Assembly (NCBI GenBank): GCA_903930225.1
Contig: CAIYXV010000017.1
Coordinates: forward strand, 1-52,246
Length of the DNA: 52,246 nt
Reading direction: 5' to 3'
Source: an uncultured bacterium
GTDB taxonomy: Bacteria > Margulisbacteria > WOR-1 > XYC2-FULL-46-14 > WPAF01
Shown here: positions 8,783-18,154 of the stretch, one piece after another
How the letters are laid out: each line of letters begins with the position of its first letter
How positions within the stretch are numbered: the first letter of the stretch is position 1
Notes under the pieces: generated by a model
Databases searched by the model: none
What the model saw: only the letters and a program-made list of their open reading frames with translations
What the model was told of the DNA's origin: nothing
Made by a program: the position numbers and the translations under genes

Positions 8783-9616
8783 ATGAAACAAACGCCGATC
8801 ATTTTAATATTTATAATTATGACTTTAATGATGTCGATGGTTTCTTACGGGGCATCGTCGAGCGCCAGCTATTCGATCCCGGTGGAAGAGGTAAACTCGT
8901 CGATCAGCAGCATGGCCTCGCCCAGCTACGGCATCTTCGGGGAAGCCCGGGGATATGACATGCATTTAGTAAGCAGTGCGGGCTTTGGATTGGGAGAAGG
9001 CTTTTTGTTCACTGCGTTCCCTTCGCTCGCGGTCATTGTTACTACGGTCGCGCCGGATTCCGGATATAATTCCGGCGCCGTAAATATCACTGAGATCGCA
9101 GGCGCCGGATTCATGCCGAACGCCTCGGTCAAACTGGTGAAAGGGAACGAACAGATCGCCGCTTCAAATGTTAATGTGGAGAACGGCATGAAGATATCGT
9201 GTATGCTCGATCTTACCGGACATTCGACCGGCCTGTGGAACCTGGCAGTGATAAACCCGAACGGAACATCCGGATCTCTTCCTTCCGCTTTTACCATAAA
9301 AAGCTGGGCAAGCGCCGGGGCGGCGGTAAATTATCCGAATCCATTTAACCCACTATCGGGACCGACCGCGATCATATATCAGCTTGATTCGGACCGGGAT
9401 GTCTCACTGCTCCTGTTCAATATTTCTTACGAACTTATACTTAAGAAAGACCTCACTGCCACATTGAACGGCGGCAAAGCCGGAGACAACAGCGTGACCT
9501 GGGACGGGCGTAATCATTTCGGCGATCTGGTCGGCAACGGCGTGTATTTTATCCGGATCGTCGACCGACATACCGGCAATGTGCTGGTAAAAGGAAAAAT
9601 AGCGGTAAGCCGATGA
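8783..9616 (+). CDS. secreted protein with an Ig/IPT-like domain and a YPNPF-type C-terminal beta-sandwich domain (FlgD-Ig / T9SS-sorting-like)
   Basis: Has a signal peptide. The middle region is VIVTTVAPDSGYNSGAVNITEIAGAGF...LAVINPNGTSGSLPSAFTI. The C-terminus is VNYPNPFNPLSGPT...GGKAGDNSVTWDGRNHFGDLVGNGVYFIRI...KGKIAVSR. The stop overlaps the next start (ATGA 9613-9616). Confidence 0.75.
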   Translation: MKQTPIILIFIIMTLMMSMVSYGASSSASYSIPVEEVNSSISSMASPSYGIFGEARGYDMHLVSSAGFGLGEGFLFTAFPSLAVIVTTVAPDSGYNSGAVNITEIAGAGFMPNASVKLVKGNEQIAASNVNVENGMKISCMLDLTGHSTGLWNLAVINPNGTSGSLPSAFTIKSWASAGAAVNYPNPFNPLSGPTAIIYQLDSDRDVSLLLFNISYELILKKDLTATLNGGKAGDNSVTWDGRNHFGDLVGNGVYFIRIVDRHTGNVLVKGKIAVSR

Positions 9617-10560
9617 ACAAAAAATATGGTTTGGCGTTTTTGATCGTTGTTTTCTTGATCACTGCGGCCGGCGCGGTGACTACACCGTATACGGAAGATC
9701 TGATGAAGATCGGGGTGGGGGCGCGGCCGATGGGGATGGGAAAAGCCTTTGTGGCGGCGGCCGATGACGGCAATTCCCCGTTCCTCAATCCGGCCGGCCT
9801 GGCAAGCCTGACCGCCTGGCAGTTCACCAGCATGTATGTCAATTTGCTGGACGGCGATCTTCCCTATACCCTGATCTCCGGGTCGCTGCCGCTTAAAAAA
9901 GGCAATCTTGGCTTGGGGATAATCTCCTGCGGAACTTACGGCATTCAGTCTCCGGGCCCGCAAAGCATTTCCTCTTTTGATTATTATGACCGGCTGATCT
10001 TTCTGACTTACGGCGCGCAGGCGGGATCGATCATCAGCCTGGGGGCGAATCTAAAATATTTCTCCAAGGGATTTACCGGTTCCGGCGGCAATACCTCGTC
10101 CGGAGCGAACCTGGACCTGGGATTGAAACTGAAATATAACGAAGGCCTGACGCTGGGCGCCGATCTGCAGAATGTCTTGCCGACCCGCCTGGTCTGGACC
10201 AGCGGCGCGGAGGACGATATCCCGATGCTGATCAAGCTGGGAATGTCGTCAAAATTAATGAAGGACCGGGGGATCGCGGATTTGGACGTTGATATCCCGA
10301 CCGAGAGCGGGCAATCCGCCCTGATGCACGCCGGAGTGGAATGGGGGCTTTCACGTTTTTTCATTGTCCGGGGCGGATTCGATCAGATACTGAGCGCCGA
10401 CCAGACGATCTCGACCAATCTGACCGCCGGCCTGGGTTTAAACCTCAACGGCATGCGCTTTGATTACGCCTATCATTTTTACACTGACCTTTCCTCCGGT
10501 GTTTCCCATTTCTTTTCGTTCTCTTTTTCCCCCTCCGTAAAAACACCTGCCCGCAATTGA
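9613..10560 (+). CDS. PorV/FadL-like outer-membrane beta-barrel protein (paralog A, no SLH)
   Basis: Has a signal peptide. The N-terminal motif is IGVGARPMGMGKAFVAAADDGNSPFLNPAGLA. Alternating beta-strand patterns follow, with the terminal strands MRFDYAYHFY...SHFFSFSFS. It is paralogous to 32392-34284 and 47916-49889. Confidence 0.65.
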   Translation: MNKKYGLAFLIVVFLITAAGAVTTPYTEDLMKIGVGARPMGMGKAFVAAADDGNSPFLNPAGLASLTAWQFTSMYVNLLDGDLPYTLISGSLPLKKGNLGLGIISCGTYGIQSPGPQSISSFDYYDRLIFLTYGAQAGSIISLGANLKYFSKGFTGSGGNTSSGANLDLGLKLKYNEGLTLGADLQNVLPTRLVWTSGAEDDIPMLIKLGMSSKLMKDRGIADLDVDIPTESGQSALMHAGVEWGLSRFFIVRGGFDQILSADQTISTNLTAGLGLNLNGMRFDYAYHFYTDLSSGVSHFFSFSFSPSVKTPARN

Positions 10561-10608
10561 TGAATCTGTTACAATTATCAGATAACAAAAGATCAAAAGG
10601 AGAACAAC

Positions 10609-10899
10609 ATGGCAGAACAGGAGCTTCAGATCCAGATCGACGAAGAAACGGCGAAAGGACGCTACACCAATCTGGCGGTGGTCTCACATACTGAGAACGA
10701 ATTTATATTTGATTTTGTTTTCATCCACCCGCCGCAGGGCAAGGTGGTATCGAGGGTGATAACCTCTCCCGGCCACGCCAAACGGATCATCAAGGCGCTG
10801 GCTGAGAACCTCGCGCTGTACGAGAAGAACATCGGCCCGATCCCCGAGCCGAAATCTCCGCACCCGCCGGTGATCGGGATCCAGCTTTCGAACAATTAA
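10609..10899 (+). CDS. DUF3467-like small protein
   Basis: IDEETAKGRYTNLAVVSHTENEFIFDFVF...GKVVSRVITSPGHAKRII resembles the DUF3467 pattern. SD aaaggag lies upstream. Confidence 0.55.
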   Translation: MAEQELQIQIDEETAKGRYTNLAVVSHTENEFIFDFVFIHPPQGKVVSRVITSPGHAKRIIKALAENLALYEKNIGPIPEPKSPHPPVIGIQLSNN

Positions 10900-10904
10900 A
10901 GCGG

Positions 10905-10932
10905 TTGTATTTTGAGAATAATATTGTAGAAT
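10905..10932 (+). promoter_or_regulatory. sigma70-like promoter for the HlyD/ABC-2 operon, possibly leaderless
   Basis: TTGTAT (10905-10910), 16-nt spacer, TAGAAT (10927-10932). The ATG at 10942 follows after only 9 nt (aaaacagct), with no SD. Confidence 0.4.
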
Positions 10933-10941
10933 AAAACAGCT

Positions 10942-11748
10942 ATGGACAGAAGAAGGCTGGTTATTTTGATGGCCGCGGTATTCCTGGTCGTATTCGGTTT
11001 TACCTGGTATTTTATATCGCGTCAATCGAACGGGGGCCTGAGCGCTTCGGGCACGATCGAAGCGACCGAGGTTTTAGTCAGCAGCAAGGTGACGGGAAAA
11101 GTTGCCGAGCTCAAATTCGAAGAGGGCGATCAGGTAAAAGCCGGGGATGTCCTTGCTCTTATAGAATCGGATTCCTATACTGCGAATTATAACAGCGTGC
11201 TGGCGCGCAATGATCTCGCGCAGTCAAACCTTGCCCGCAGCCGCGAACTTTTTAACCAGAACATGATCAGCTCACAGCAGTATCAGGCGGCGCAATCTGA
11301 AGCCGAAGTGGCAAAGTCCGCACTGGAGCTGGTAAAGATCCAGCTTGGAGACACCAGCATCAAGTCCCCGATTACCGGAACGGTAATGGTCAAGGCGCTT
11401 GAACCGGGTGAATTGGCCGCGATCGGCACGCCGGTCTATACCCTGGCAAATCTTGATAAGGTAAATTTGGTCGTCTATCTTCCCGAGGATCAAGTGGGAT
11501 TGGTTAAATTGGGGCAGGAAGTCGCGGTAAATGTTGATTCTTATCCTAATGTGAATTTTTCCGGTAAGGTTACCCATATTTCAGATAATGCCGAATTCAC
11601 CCCCAAATCGATCCAGACCAAAGAAGAAAGGGTAACCCAGGTGTTCGGCGTAAAGATAGAAATACCTAACCTGGACGGTAAACTTAAACCGGGGATGCCC
11701 GCCGACGCCCGCTTCTTCACCAAAGGCGAAACCGCCTCCGGCAGATAA
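10942..11748 (+). CDS. HlyD-family periplasmic adaptor (YbhG-like)
   Basis: Has an N-terminal TM segment and a barrel-sandwich/lipoyl-like region (GTIEATEVLVSSKVTGKVAEL...EGDQVKAGDVLALI). A coiled-coil segment follows, then IKSPITGTV and a C-terminal LKPGMPADARF. Confidence 0.8.
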   Translation: MDRRRLVILMAAVFLVVFGFTWYFISRQSNGGLSASGTIEATEVLVSSKVTGKVAELKFEEGDQVKAGDVLALIESDSYTANYNSVLARNDLAQSNLARSRELFNQNMISSQQYQAAQSEAEVAKSALELVKIQLGDTSIKSPITGTVMVKALEPGELAAIGTPVYTLANLDKVNLVVYLPEDQVGLVKLGQEVAVNVDSYPNVNFSGKVTHISDNAEFTPKSIQTKEERVTQVFGVKIEIPNLDGKLKPGMPADARFFTKGETASGR

Positions 11749-12563
11749 TGGGACCAGCGGTAGAAGCCAGGGAACTGACCAAAAAATTCAAAGAGCTTAC
11801 CGCGGTCGACCGCCTTAACATTAGCGTCAATTGCGGTGAGATCTTCGGCCTGGTGGGGCCGGACGGCGCAGGGAAGACAACCACTCTGCGAATGCTTTCA
11901 ACCGCCATGGAGCAAACCTCGGGCGATGCATACGTACTCGGCCTCAACGTTAAAAAAGACGAAGAAAAGATCCGCGACAAGATCGGCTACCTGCCGCAAA
12001 AATTCAGTCTTTATCCGGACCTGACGGTAGAAGAAAATATCGATTTTTACGCCGATATCTATCAGGTGCGCAAAGAGGAAAGGGCGGCCCGGAAGGCCCA
12101 GCTTCTGGAATTCACCAACCTTACGCCGTTCACCGGAAGAAGGGGAGGACAGCTTTCCGGCGGCATGCAGAAAAAACTCGGGCTGGCCTGCAACCTTATC
12201 CATACTCCGGAGATACTCTTCCTGGACGAGCCGACCACCGGGGTCGATCCAATCTCCCGCCGCGAATTCTGGAGGATACTCTACCGGCTGACCGAAGTGA
12301 CGATCATTGTTTCCACCCCGTACATGGATGAGGCGGAACGGTGCAACCGGGTGGGGCTGATCCGGGAAGGGCGGCTTCTGATCTGCGACACCCCCGCGGA
12401 AATAAAGAAGATCGAAAAAGCAGCGAACCTGGAAGAAGCGTTCATTAATATAGTTGAAGGAGATTCCAAGGAACCTGCGAATAAACCTGCCCGCAATGCT
12501 GCGCAAAGCGTTGCAGGCGGGCTTCGCGGTTCCTTGAAAAAAGGAGAAAACCGCGACTTTTAG
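11748..12563 (+). CDS. ABC transporter ATP-binding protein (canonical motifs)
   Basis: Walker A GPDGAGKTT, signature LSGGMQKKL, Walker B ILFLDEPTTGVD. Confidence 0.9.
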   Translation: MGPAVEARELTKKFKELTAVDRLNISVNCGEIFGLVGPDGAGKTTTLRMLSTAMEQTSGDAYVLGLNVKKDEEKIRDKIGYLPQKFSLYPDLTVEENIDFYADIYQVRKEERAARKAQLLEFTNLTPFTGRRGGQLSGGMQKKLGLACNLIHTPEILFLDEPTTGVDPISRREFWRILYRLTEVTIIVSTPYMDEAERCNRVGLIREGRLLICDTPAEIKKIEKAANLEEAFINIVEGDSKEPANKPARNAAQSVAGGLRGSLKKGENRDF

Positions 12564-12575
12564 TCGCAGGTTTTC
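12546..12575 (+). other. imperfect hairpin spanning the stop codon between the two ABC ATPase genes
   Basis: gaaaaccgcgac (12546-12557) pairs with gtcgc-a-ggttttc (12563-12575), with a one-base bulge. Its role is unknown; it may be an attenuator or an mRNA-processing site. Confidence 0.25.
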
Positions 12576-12588
12576 GATAATTTTAAAT

Positions 12589-13518
12589 ATGGACAACACC
12601 ATAGAAGTCAAGCACCTAACCAAAAAATTTGGCAATTTCACGGCGGTGGACGGGATAAGTTTTTCGGTCGGCAAGGGGGAGATATTTGGCTTCCTCGGTC
12701 CGAACGGCGCAGGAAAGACCACCACTATCCGCATGCTCTGCGGACTGGTCACTCCGACCGCCGGCGGCGGGTTGGTCGGCGGGCTGGATATTATGAAGCA
12801 AGGGGAAAAGATCAAGGAACACATTGGCTACATGTCGCAGAAATTCTCTCTCTATGATGATCTGACCGTCGCGGAGAACATAGATTTTTATGCCGGGATC
12901 TATCAAACTAAAAAAGAGAACCGAAAACAAAAAAAAGAGCAGATCATAAAGACCGCAGAACTAACCGGAAAAGAGAATGTTTTAACAGGTAATCTGGCGA
13001 ATTCCGTAAAACAACATCTGGCGCTGGGCTGCGCGCTGATCCACGATCCCGGGATCATTTTTCTGGACGAGCCGACTGCCGGGGTCGATCCGCTGTCGAG
13101 GAAAAAGTTCTGGGAAGTTATAAAAACGCTTTCGGAAAATGGCGTGACCACACTGGTCACGACCCATTACATGGACGAGGCCGAACGCTGCGATAGGATC
13201 GCGCTTATCAACAATGGCCAGATCATCGCTTGCGATACCACCGCCGATCTTAAAACGAAAAAAATGAAGGGTATATTGTATGAGGTTGAATGCGACAACG
13301 TTATGGAAGGGCTGGAGGTGCTCCGCGAATCGCAGGTCGCGCACGACGTCACGCTTTACGGTCTATATCTTCACGTTATGGTCGAAGGCGAGGAAGGCTG
13401 CCCGGAAGAGATCCGGTCATTATTGTCGGCCAAAAACATCGCGGTTAAAAGGATCGAAAAGATCCCTCCCTCGCTTGAGGATGTTTTCGTGTTCCTGGTG
13501 GAACAGGGGGACCAATGA
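12589..13518 (+). CDS. ABC transporter ATP-binding protein with degenerate signature motif
   Basis: Walker A GPNGAGKTT and Walker B IIFLDEPTAGVD are intact. The position of the LSGG signature reads LANSVKQHLAL. Confidence 0.85.
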   Translation: MDNTIEVKHLTKKFGNFTAVDGISFSVGKGEIFGFLGPNGAGKTTTIRMLCGLVTPTAGGGLVGGLDIMKQGEKIKEHIGYMSQKFSLYDDLTVAENIDFYAGIYQTKKENRKQKKEQIIKTAELTGKENVLTGNLANSVKQHLALGCALIHDPGIIFLDEPTAGVDPLSRKKFWEVIKTLSENGVTTLVTTHYMDEAERCDRIALINNGQIIACDTTADLKTKKMKGILYEVECDNVMEGLEVLRESQVAHDVTLYGLYLHVMVEGEEGCPEEIRSLLSAKNIAVKRIEKIPPSLEDVFVFLVEQGDQ

Positions 13519-14648
13519 TAAAACGCCTGATACCGATAATGAGGAATGAGTTACTTCATTTGATCAGGGACCCGCGCTCGCTCACGATAACCTTTCTCAT
13601 GCCCATCGTCCTGCTGTTCATCTACAGCTACGCGGTCTCTTTTGACGTAAAGAACATTCCCACTGCCGTGCTGGATATGGACAAGACCGCAGTCAGCCGT
13701 GATTTTATCTCCCGCTTTATAAACAGCGGTTATTTCGATCTGGTGGACGACCTGAAGTCCGATTCGGAATTTTCGGACCGGCTGGACAGCGGGAGGGTGA
13801 AAGCGATCATCAATATCCCTTCCGGGTTTTCGGAAGACATCAAGGCCGGCAGAAAAACCTCGATCCAGATGCTGGTCGACGGGTCCGATCCCACGTGGGC
13901 GTCGTCGGTGATCGGCTACGTCAATGGGATCGCGCAGGAATACTATCAGGGATTGGTAAAGACGGCGCTGATCCGCAGAGGCATCAACGCCAGCGCCAGC
14001 CTGCCGATCAGACTGATCTCGCGTATGTGGTACAACGAGACCCTGCGCAGTATTAATTTTTATCTGCCCGGTCTGATCTGCATCATCCTCATGCAGATGT
14101 CGGCGATACTGACCTCGCTTACGATCGTTTCCGAAAAAGAGCAGGGGACCATGGAGGCGCTGGTGGTAAGCCCGATAAGAAAGAACGAACTGATGCTCGG
14201 CAAGGTGATCCCGTACGTGATCATCGCATTCTTAGACATCATGATGGTGACAGCGATCGGCGTGTTCTGGTTCGGCGTGCCTTTCAAGGGAAGCCTGCTG
14301 CTTCTCATTTTAAGTTCCTTCATCTTCCTGACCGGCGCCATGGCGATCGGGGTCATGATCTCGACTAACGCCAAGACCAGCCAGGAAGCGATGCAGACCG
14401 CAATTCTAGTGACCATGCTGCCGTCGCTTTTGCTTTCCGGTTTCATGTTCCCGATCGAGAACATGCCGATCGCGCTCCAGTTTCTGACATATTTGATACC
14501 GGCGCGTTATTTTTTGAACATTCTCCGGGACATCTTCCTCAAAGGAGTAGGTCTTTCTTCTTTCTGGCCTGACCTTTTAGGAATGACCGTGCTTTCGGCA
14601 TTCTTTATTTTTGTGAGCGTGAACCGTTTCAAGAAGAGGATAGAATAA
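13515..14648 (+). CDS. ABC-2 type transporter permease (YbhS/YbhR-like)
   Basis: 377 aa with an N-terminal TM segment and a large periplasmic loop. The C-terminal ABC-2 membrane domain contains SEKEQGTMEAL. Confidence 0.85.
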   Translation: MIKRLIPIMRNELLHLIRDPRSLTITFLMPIVLLFIYSYAVSFDVKNIPTAVLDMDKTAVSRDFISRFINSGYFDLVDDLKSDSEFSDRLDSGRVKAIINIPSGFSEDIKAGRKTSIQMLVDGSDPTWASSVIGYVNGIAQEYYQGLVKTALIRRGINASASLPIRLISRMWYNETLRSINFYLPGLICIILMQMSAILTSLTIVSEKEQGTMEALVVSPIRKNELMLGKVIPYVIIAFLDIMMVTAIGVFWFGVPFKGSLLLLILSSFIFLTGAMAIGVMISTNAKTSQEAMQTAILVTMLPSLLLSGFMFPIENMPIALQFLTYLIPARYFLNILRDIFLKGVGLSSFWPDLLGMTVLSAFFIFVSVNRFKKRIE

Positions 14649-15782
14649 ATGTTTGACAGCCGGCTATATCATTTTATAAAAAAAGAGTTCATTCAGCTCC
14701 TGCGCGATCCCAGGATGATCTTTATCGCGCTGATGGCCCCGATCATCCAGTTGACGGTATTCGGCTATATCGCCTCACTTGACATCAAGCATATTTCGAC
14801 TGCGGTCTTTGACCAAGATAAAAGCGCCTACAGCCGGTCCTATATTGATAGCTTTAAAAATTCCGGATATTTTGACCTTGAATACTACGTTAATGATCAG
14901 GAGCAAATGACCCGTTTGCTTGATAACGGAAAAATAAAACTGGGTATTCATATCCCGGTAGATTTCGTCCGCAAGATCGTGAGGAATGAGGTTTCTGATG
15001 TCCAGGCAGTGCTGGACGGCTCGAATTCATCCACCGCCTCGATCATCGAAAGCTACATCAGCCAGATAAATTTCATGAATGTAAACTCCCTTCTGGAAAA
15101 AAGGTTTGCCGCCTTTGGCATGAACATAAGCGACCTGGAACCGGTCGATCTTAATCTGCGAGTCTGGTACAACCCTGAACTTAAAAGCCGTAATTACATG
15201 GTGCCGGCGCTCATCGCGCTGGTATTGATGATGATCAGTATGATCCTCACCACCGCCGCGATCGTAAAAGAAAAAGAGCGCGGGACAATGGAAATGCTGG
15301 TGGTGACGCCGTTAAGATCTTATGAATTGATCCTGGGAAAACTGTTACCCTTCGCGCTGGTCGCGCTTTTTGACATAACTCTGGTCTTTCTGGTAGCAAC
15401 TTTGTGGTTCGGGATCGCGCTCAAGGGGAGCGTGTTGCTGCTTTTTCTTTTGGGAGCTATATTCATGACCACCGGACTGGGTCTGGGGATGTTCATCTCT
15501 ACCATTTCGCAGAATCAGAGACAGTCAATGATGACCATCTCCTTCATTATGGCGCCGCAGTTCATCCTTTCAGGATTTGTTTTCCCGATCGCCAACATGC
15601 CCCAGCCGATACAGATGCTCACGCTTATCATACCTCTGCGTTATTTCCTGGAGATCGTGAGAGGGATATTCCTGAAGGGAATAGGGATCAGATATTTATG
15701 GAACGATACCTGGCCGCTGATCGTTTTTGGCGTATTTATCCTCACCTTAAGCGTTTTAAGGTTTAGAAAGAAGATAGAATAA
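14649..15782 (+). CDS. ABC-2 type transporter permease (paralog)
   Basis: 377 aa, same architecture as the upstream gene (KEKERGTMEML). Confidence 0.85.
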   Translation: MFDSRLYHFIKKEFIQLLRDPRMIFIALMAPIIQLTVFGYIASLDIKHISTAVFDQDKSAYSRSYIDSFKNSGYFDLEYYVNDQEQMTRLLDNGKIKLGIHIPVDFVRKIVRNEVSDVQAVLDGSNSSTASIIESYISQINFMNVNSLLEKRFAAFGMNISDLEPVDLNLRVWYNPELKSRNYMVPALIALVLMMISMILTTAAIVKEKERGTMEMLVVTPLRSYELILGKLLPFALVALFDITLVFLVATLWFGIALKGSVLLLFLLGAIFMTTGLGLGMFISTISQNQRQSMMTISFIMAPQFILSGFVFPIANMPQPIQMLTLIIPLRYFLEIVRGIFLKGIGIRYLWNDTWPLIVFGVFILTLSVLRFRKKIE

Positions 15783-15805
15783 TTGGCGGTATCATATGCC
15801 CAAAT

Positions 15806-15835
15806 TTGACACAATTCCAAATTCAGTGATATAAT
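15806..15835 (+). promoter_or_regulatory. strong sigma70-like promoter for gap-pgk
   Basis: Consensus TTGACA (15806-15811), 18-nt spacer, TATAAT (15830-15835), with an extended -10 TGa at 15827-15829. A 43-nt leader with an aaagaaagggg SD precedes the ATG at 15879. Confidence 0.55.
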
Positions 15836-15842
15836 TGAATAA

Positions 15843-16943
<1,101 letters not shown>

Positions 16944-16956
16944 CTAGGATTAGGAA

Positions 16957-18153
16957 ATGGCAAAGCAGACGATCGAGGATATAAAGGAGATCAAGGGCAA
17001 AAAAATCCTGGTACGGGTCGACTTCAATGTTCCGCTTGACGACAAGCTTAACATAACCGACGACACCCGCATTCGGGCGGCGATCCCGACCATCAAATAT
17101 CTTTCCGACAAGGGCGGAAGGGTGATCCTCGTTTCCCATCTCGGCCGGCCCAAATCCGGGCCCGACGATAAACTGCGCCTGGCCCCGGTCGCCAAACAAC
17201 TTCAGGAACTGATAGGCAAACCGATCGCGTACGTAAAAGACTGCATCGGACCTGAAGTTGAAAAGTCGGTCGCAGCCTTGACCGACGGCGACATCATCCT
17301 GTTTGAGAACGTTCGTTTTTACAAGGAAGAAGAAGCCAACGACCCCGGATTCGCAAAAAAACTGGCTGCCCTGGCCGATCTTTACGTGAATGACGCGTTC
17401 GGCACCGCGCACCGCGCGCACGCTTCGACCGAAGGCGTTACCAAGTACTTAAAGGGCTATGCCGGTTTTCTCATGGAAAAAGAGATAAAGTTCCTCGGGC
17501 AGCTGCTCAATAATCCGCCCAAGCCGTTCGTCGCCATACTGGGCGGGGCCAAGATATCGGGCAAGATCGACGTGGTGGAGAATCTTTTGCCAAAAGTGGA
17601 CACCCTGATCATCGGCGGCGGAATGGCCTACACTTTCTTTAAAGCCCGGAACGTTTCGGTCGGCAATTCGCTGGTCGAATTGGACAAGATCCCGGTGGCA
17701 AAAGAAATACTGAAAAAAGCGATCGACCTGAGCAAGACCATCATGCTGCCGATCGATCACGTAGTGGCGGACAAATTCGACGCCAACGCCAATGTCCAGA
17801 CCGTTACCCGCGGAGGTATACCGGACGGCTGGCAGGGAATGGACATCGGTCCGGAAACGGTCAAGAAGTTCGGCCACGCGATCAAAAAGGCAAAGACCAT
17901 CTTCTGGAACGGCCCGATGGGCGTCTTTGAATTCGACAGATTTTCGAACGGGACCATAGGCATTGCCAAGCTGGTGGCCGCGGCCACCGAAAAAGGCGCC
18001 ATTTCCGTCGTCGGCGGGGGAGATTCGGTCGCCGCCATTGAAAAAGCCGGTCTGGCTGACAAGTTCACTCATATTTCTACAGGAGGTGGAGCATCGCTTG
18101 AATTCGTGGAAGGAAAAGTTCTTCCGGGCATTGCGGCCCTTCAAGATAAATAA
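16957..18153 (+). CDS. pgk: phosphoglycerate kinase
   Basis: [34 protein letters not shown]. Confidence 0.95.
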   Translation: MAKQTIEDIKEIKGKKILVRVDFNVPLDDKLNITDDTRIRAAIPTIKYLSDKGGRVILVSHLGRPKSGPDDKLRLAPVAKQLQELIGKPIAYVKDCIGPEVEKSVAALTDGDIILFENVRFYKEEEANDPGFAKKLAALADLYVNDAFGTAHRAHASTEGVTKYLKGYAGFLMEKEIKFLGQLLNNPPKPFVAILGGAKISGKIDVVENLLPKVDTLIIGGGMAYTFFKARNVSVGNSLVELDKIPVAKEILKKAIDLSKTIMLPIDHVVADKFDANANVQTVTRGGIPDGWQGMDIGPETVKKFGHAIKKAKTIFWNGPMGVFEFDRFSNGTIGIAKLVAAATEKGAISVVGGGDSVAAIEKAGLADKFTHISTGGGASLEFVEGKVLPGIAALQDK

Positions 18154-18154
18154 T

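Noticed and set aside
8783-10560. Calling the locus a type IX secretion system
   Set aside because: Only a PorV-like barrel and CTD-like cargo are present. No PorK/L/M/N, SprA/Sov, PorU or PorZ homologs are visible in the window. I therefore report only the pairing, not a T9SS.
11898-12824. 308-aa ORF on the minus strand
   Set aside because: It is antisense to the two ABC ATPase genes, has no recognisable motifs, and shows typical shadow-frame composition.
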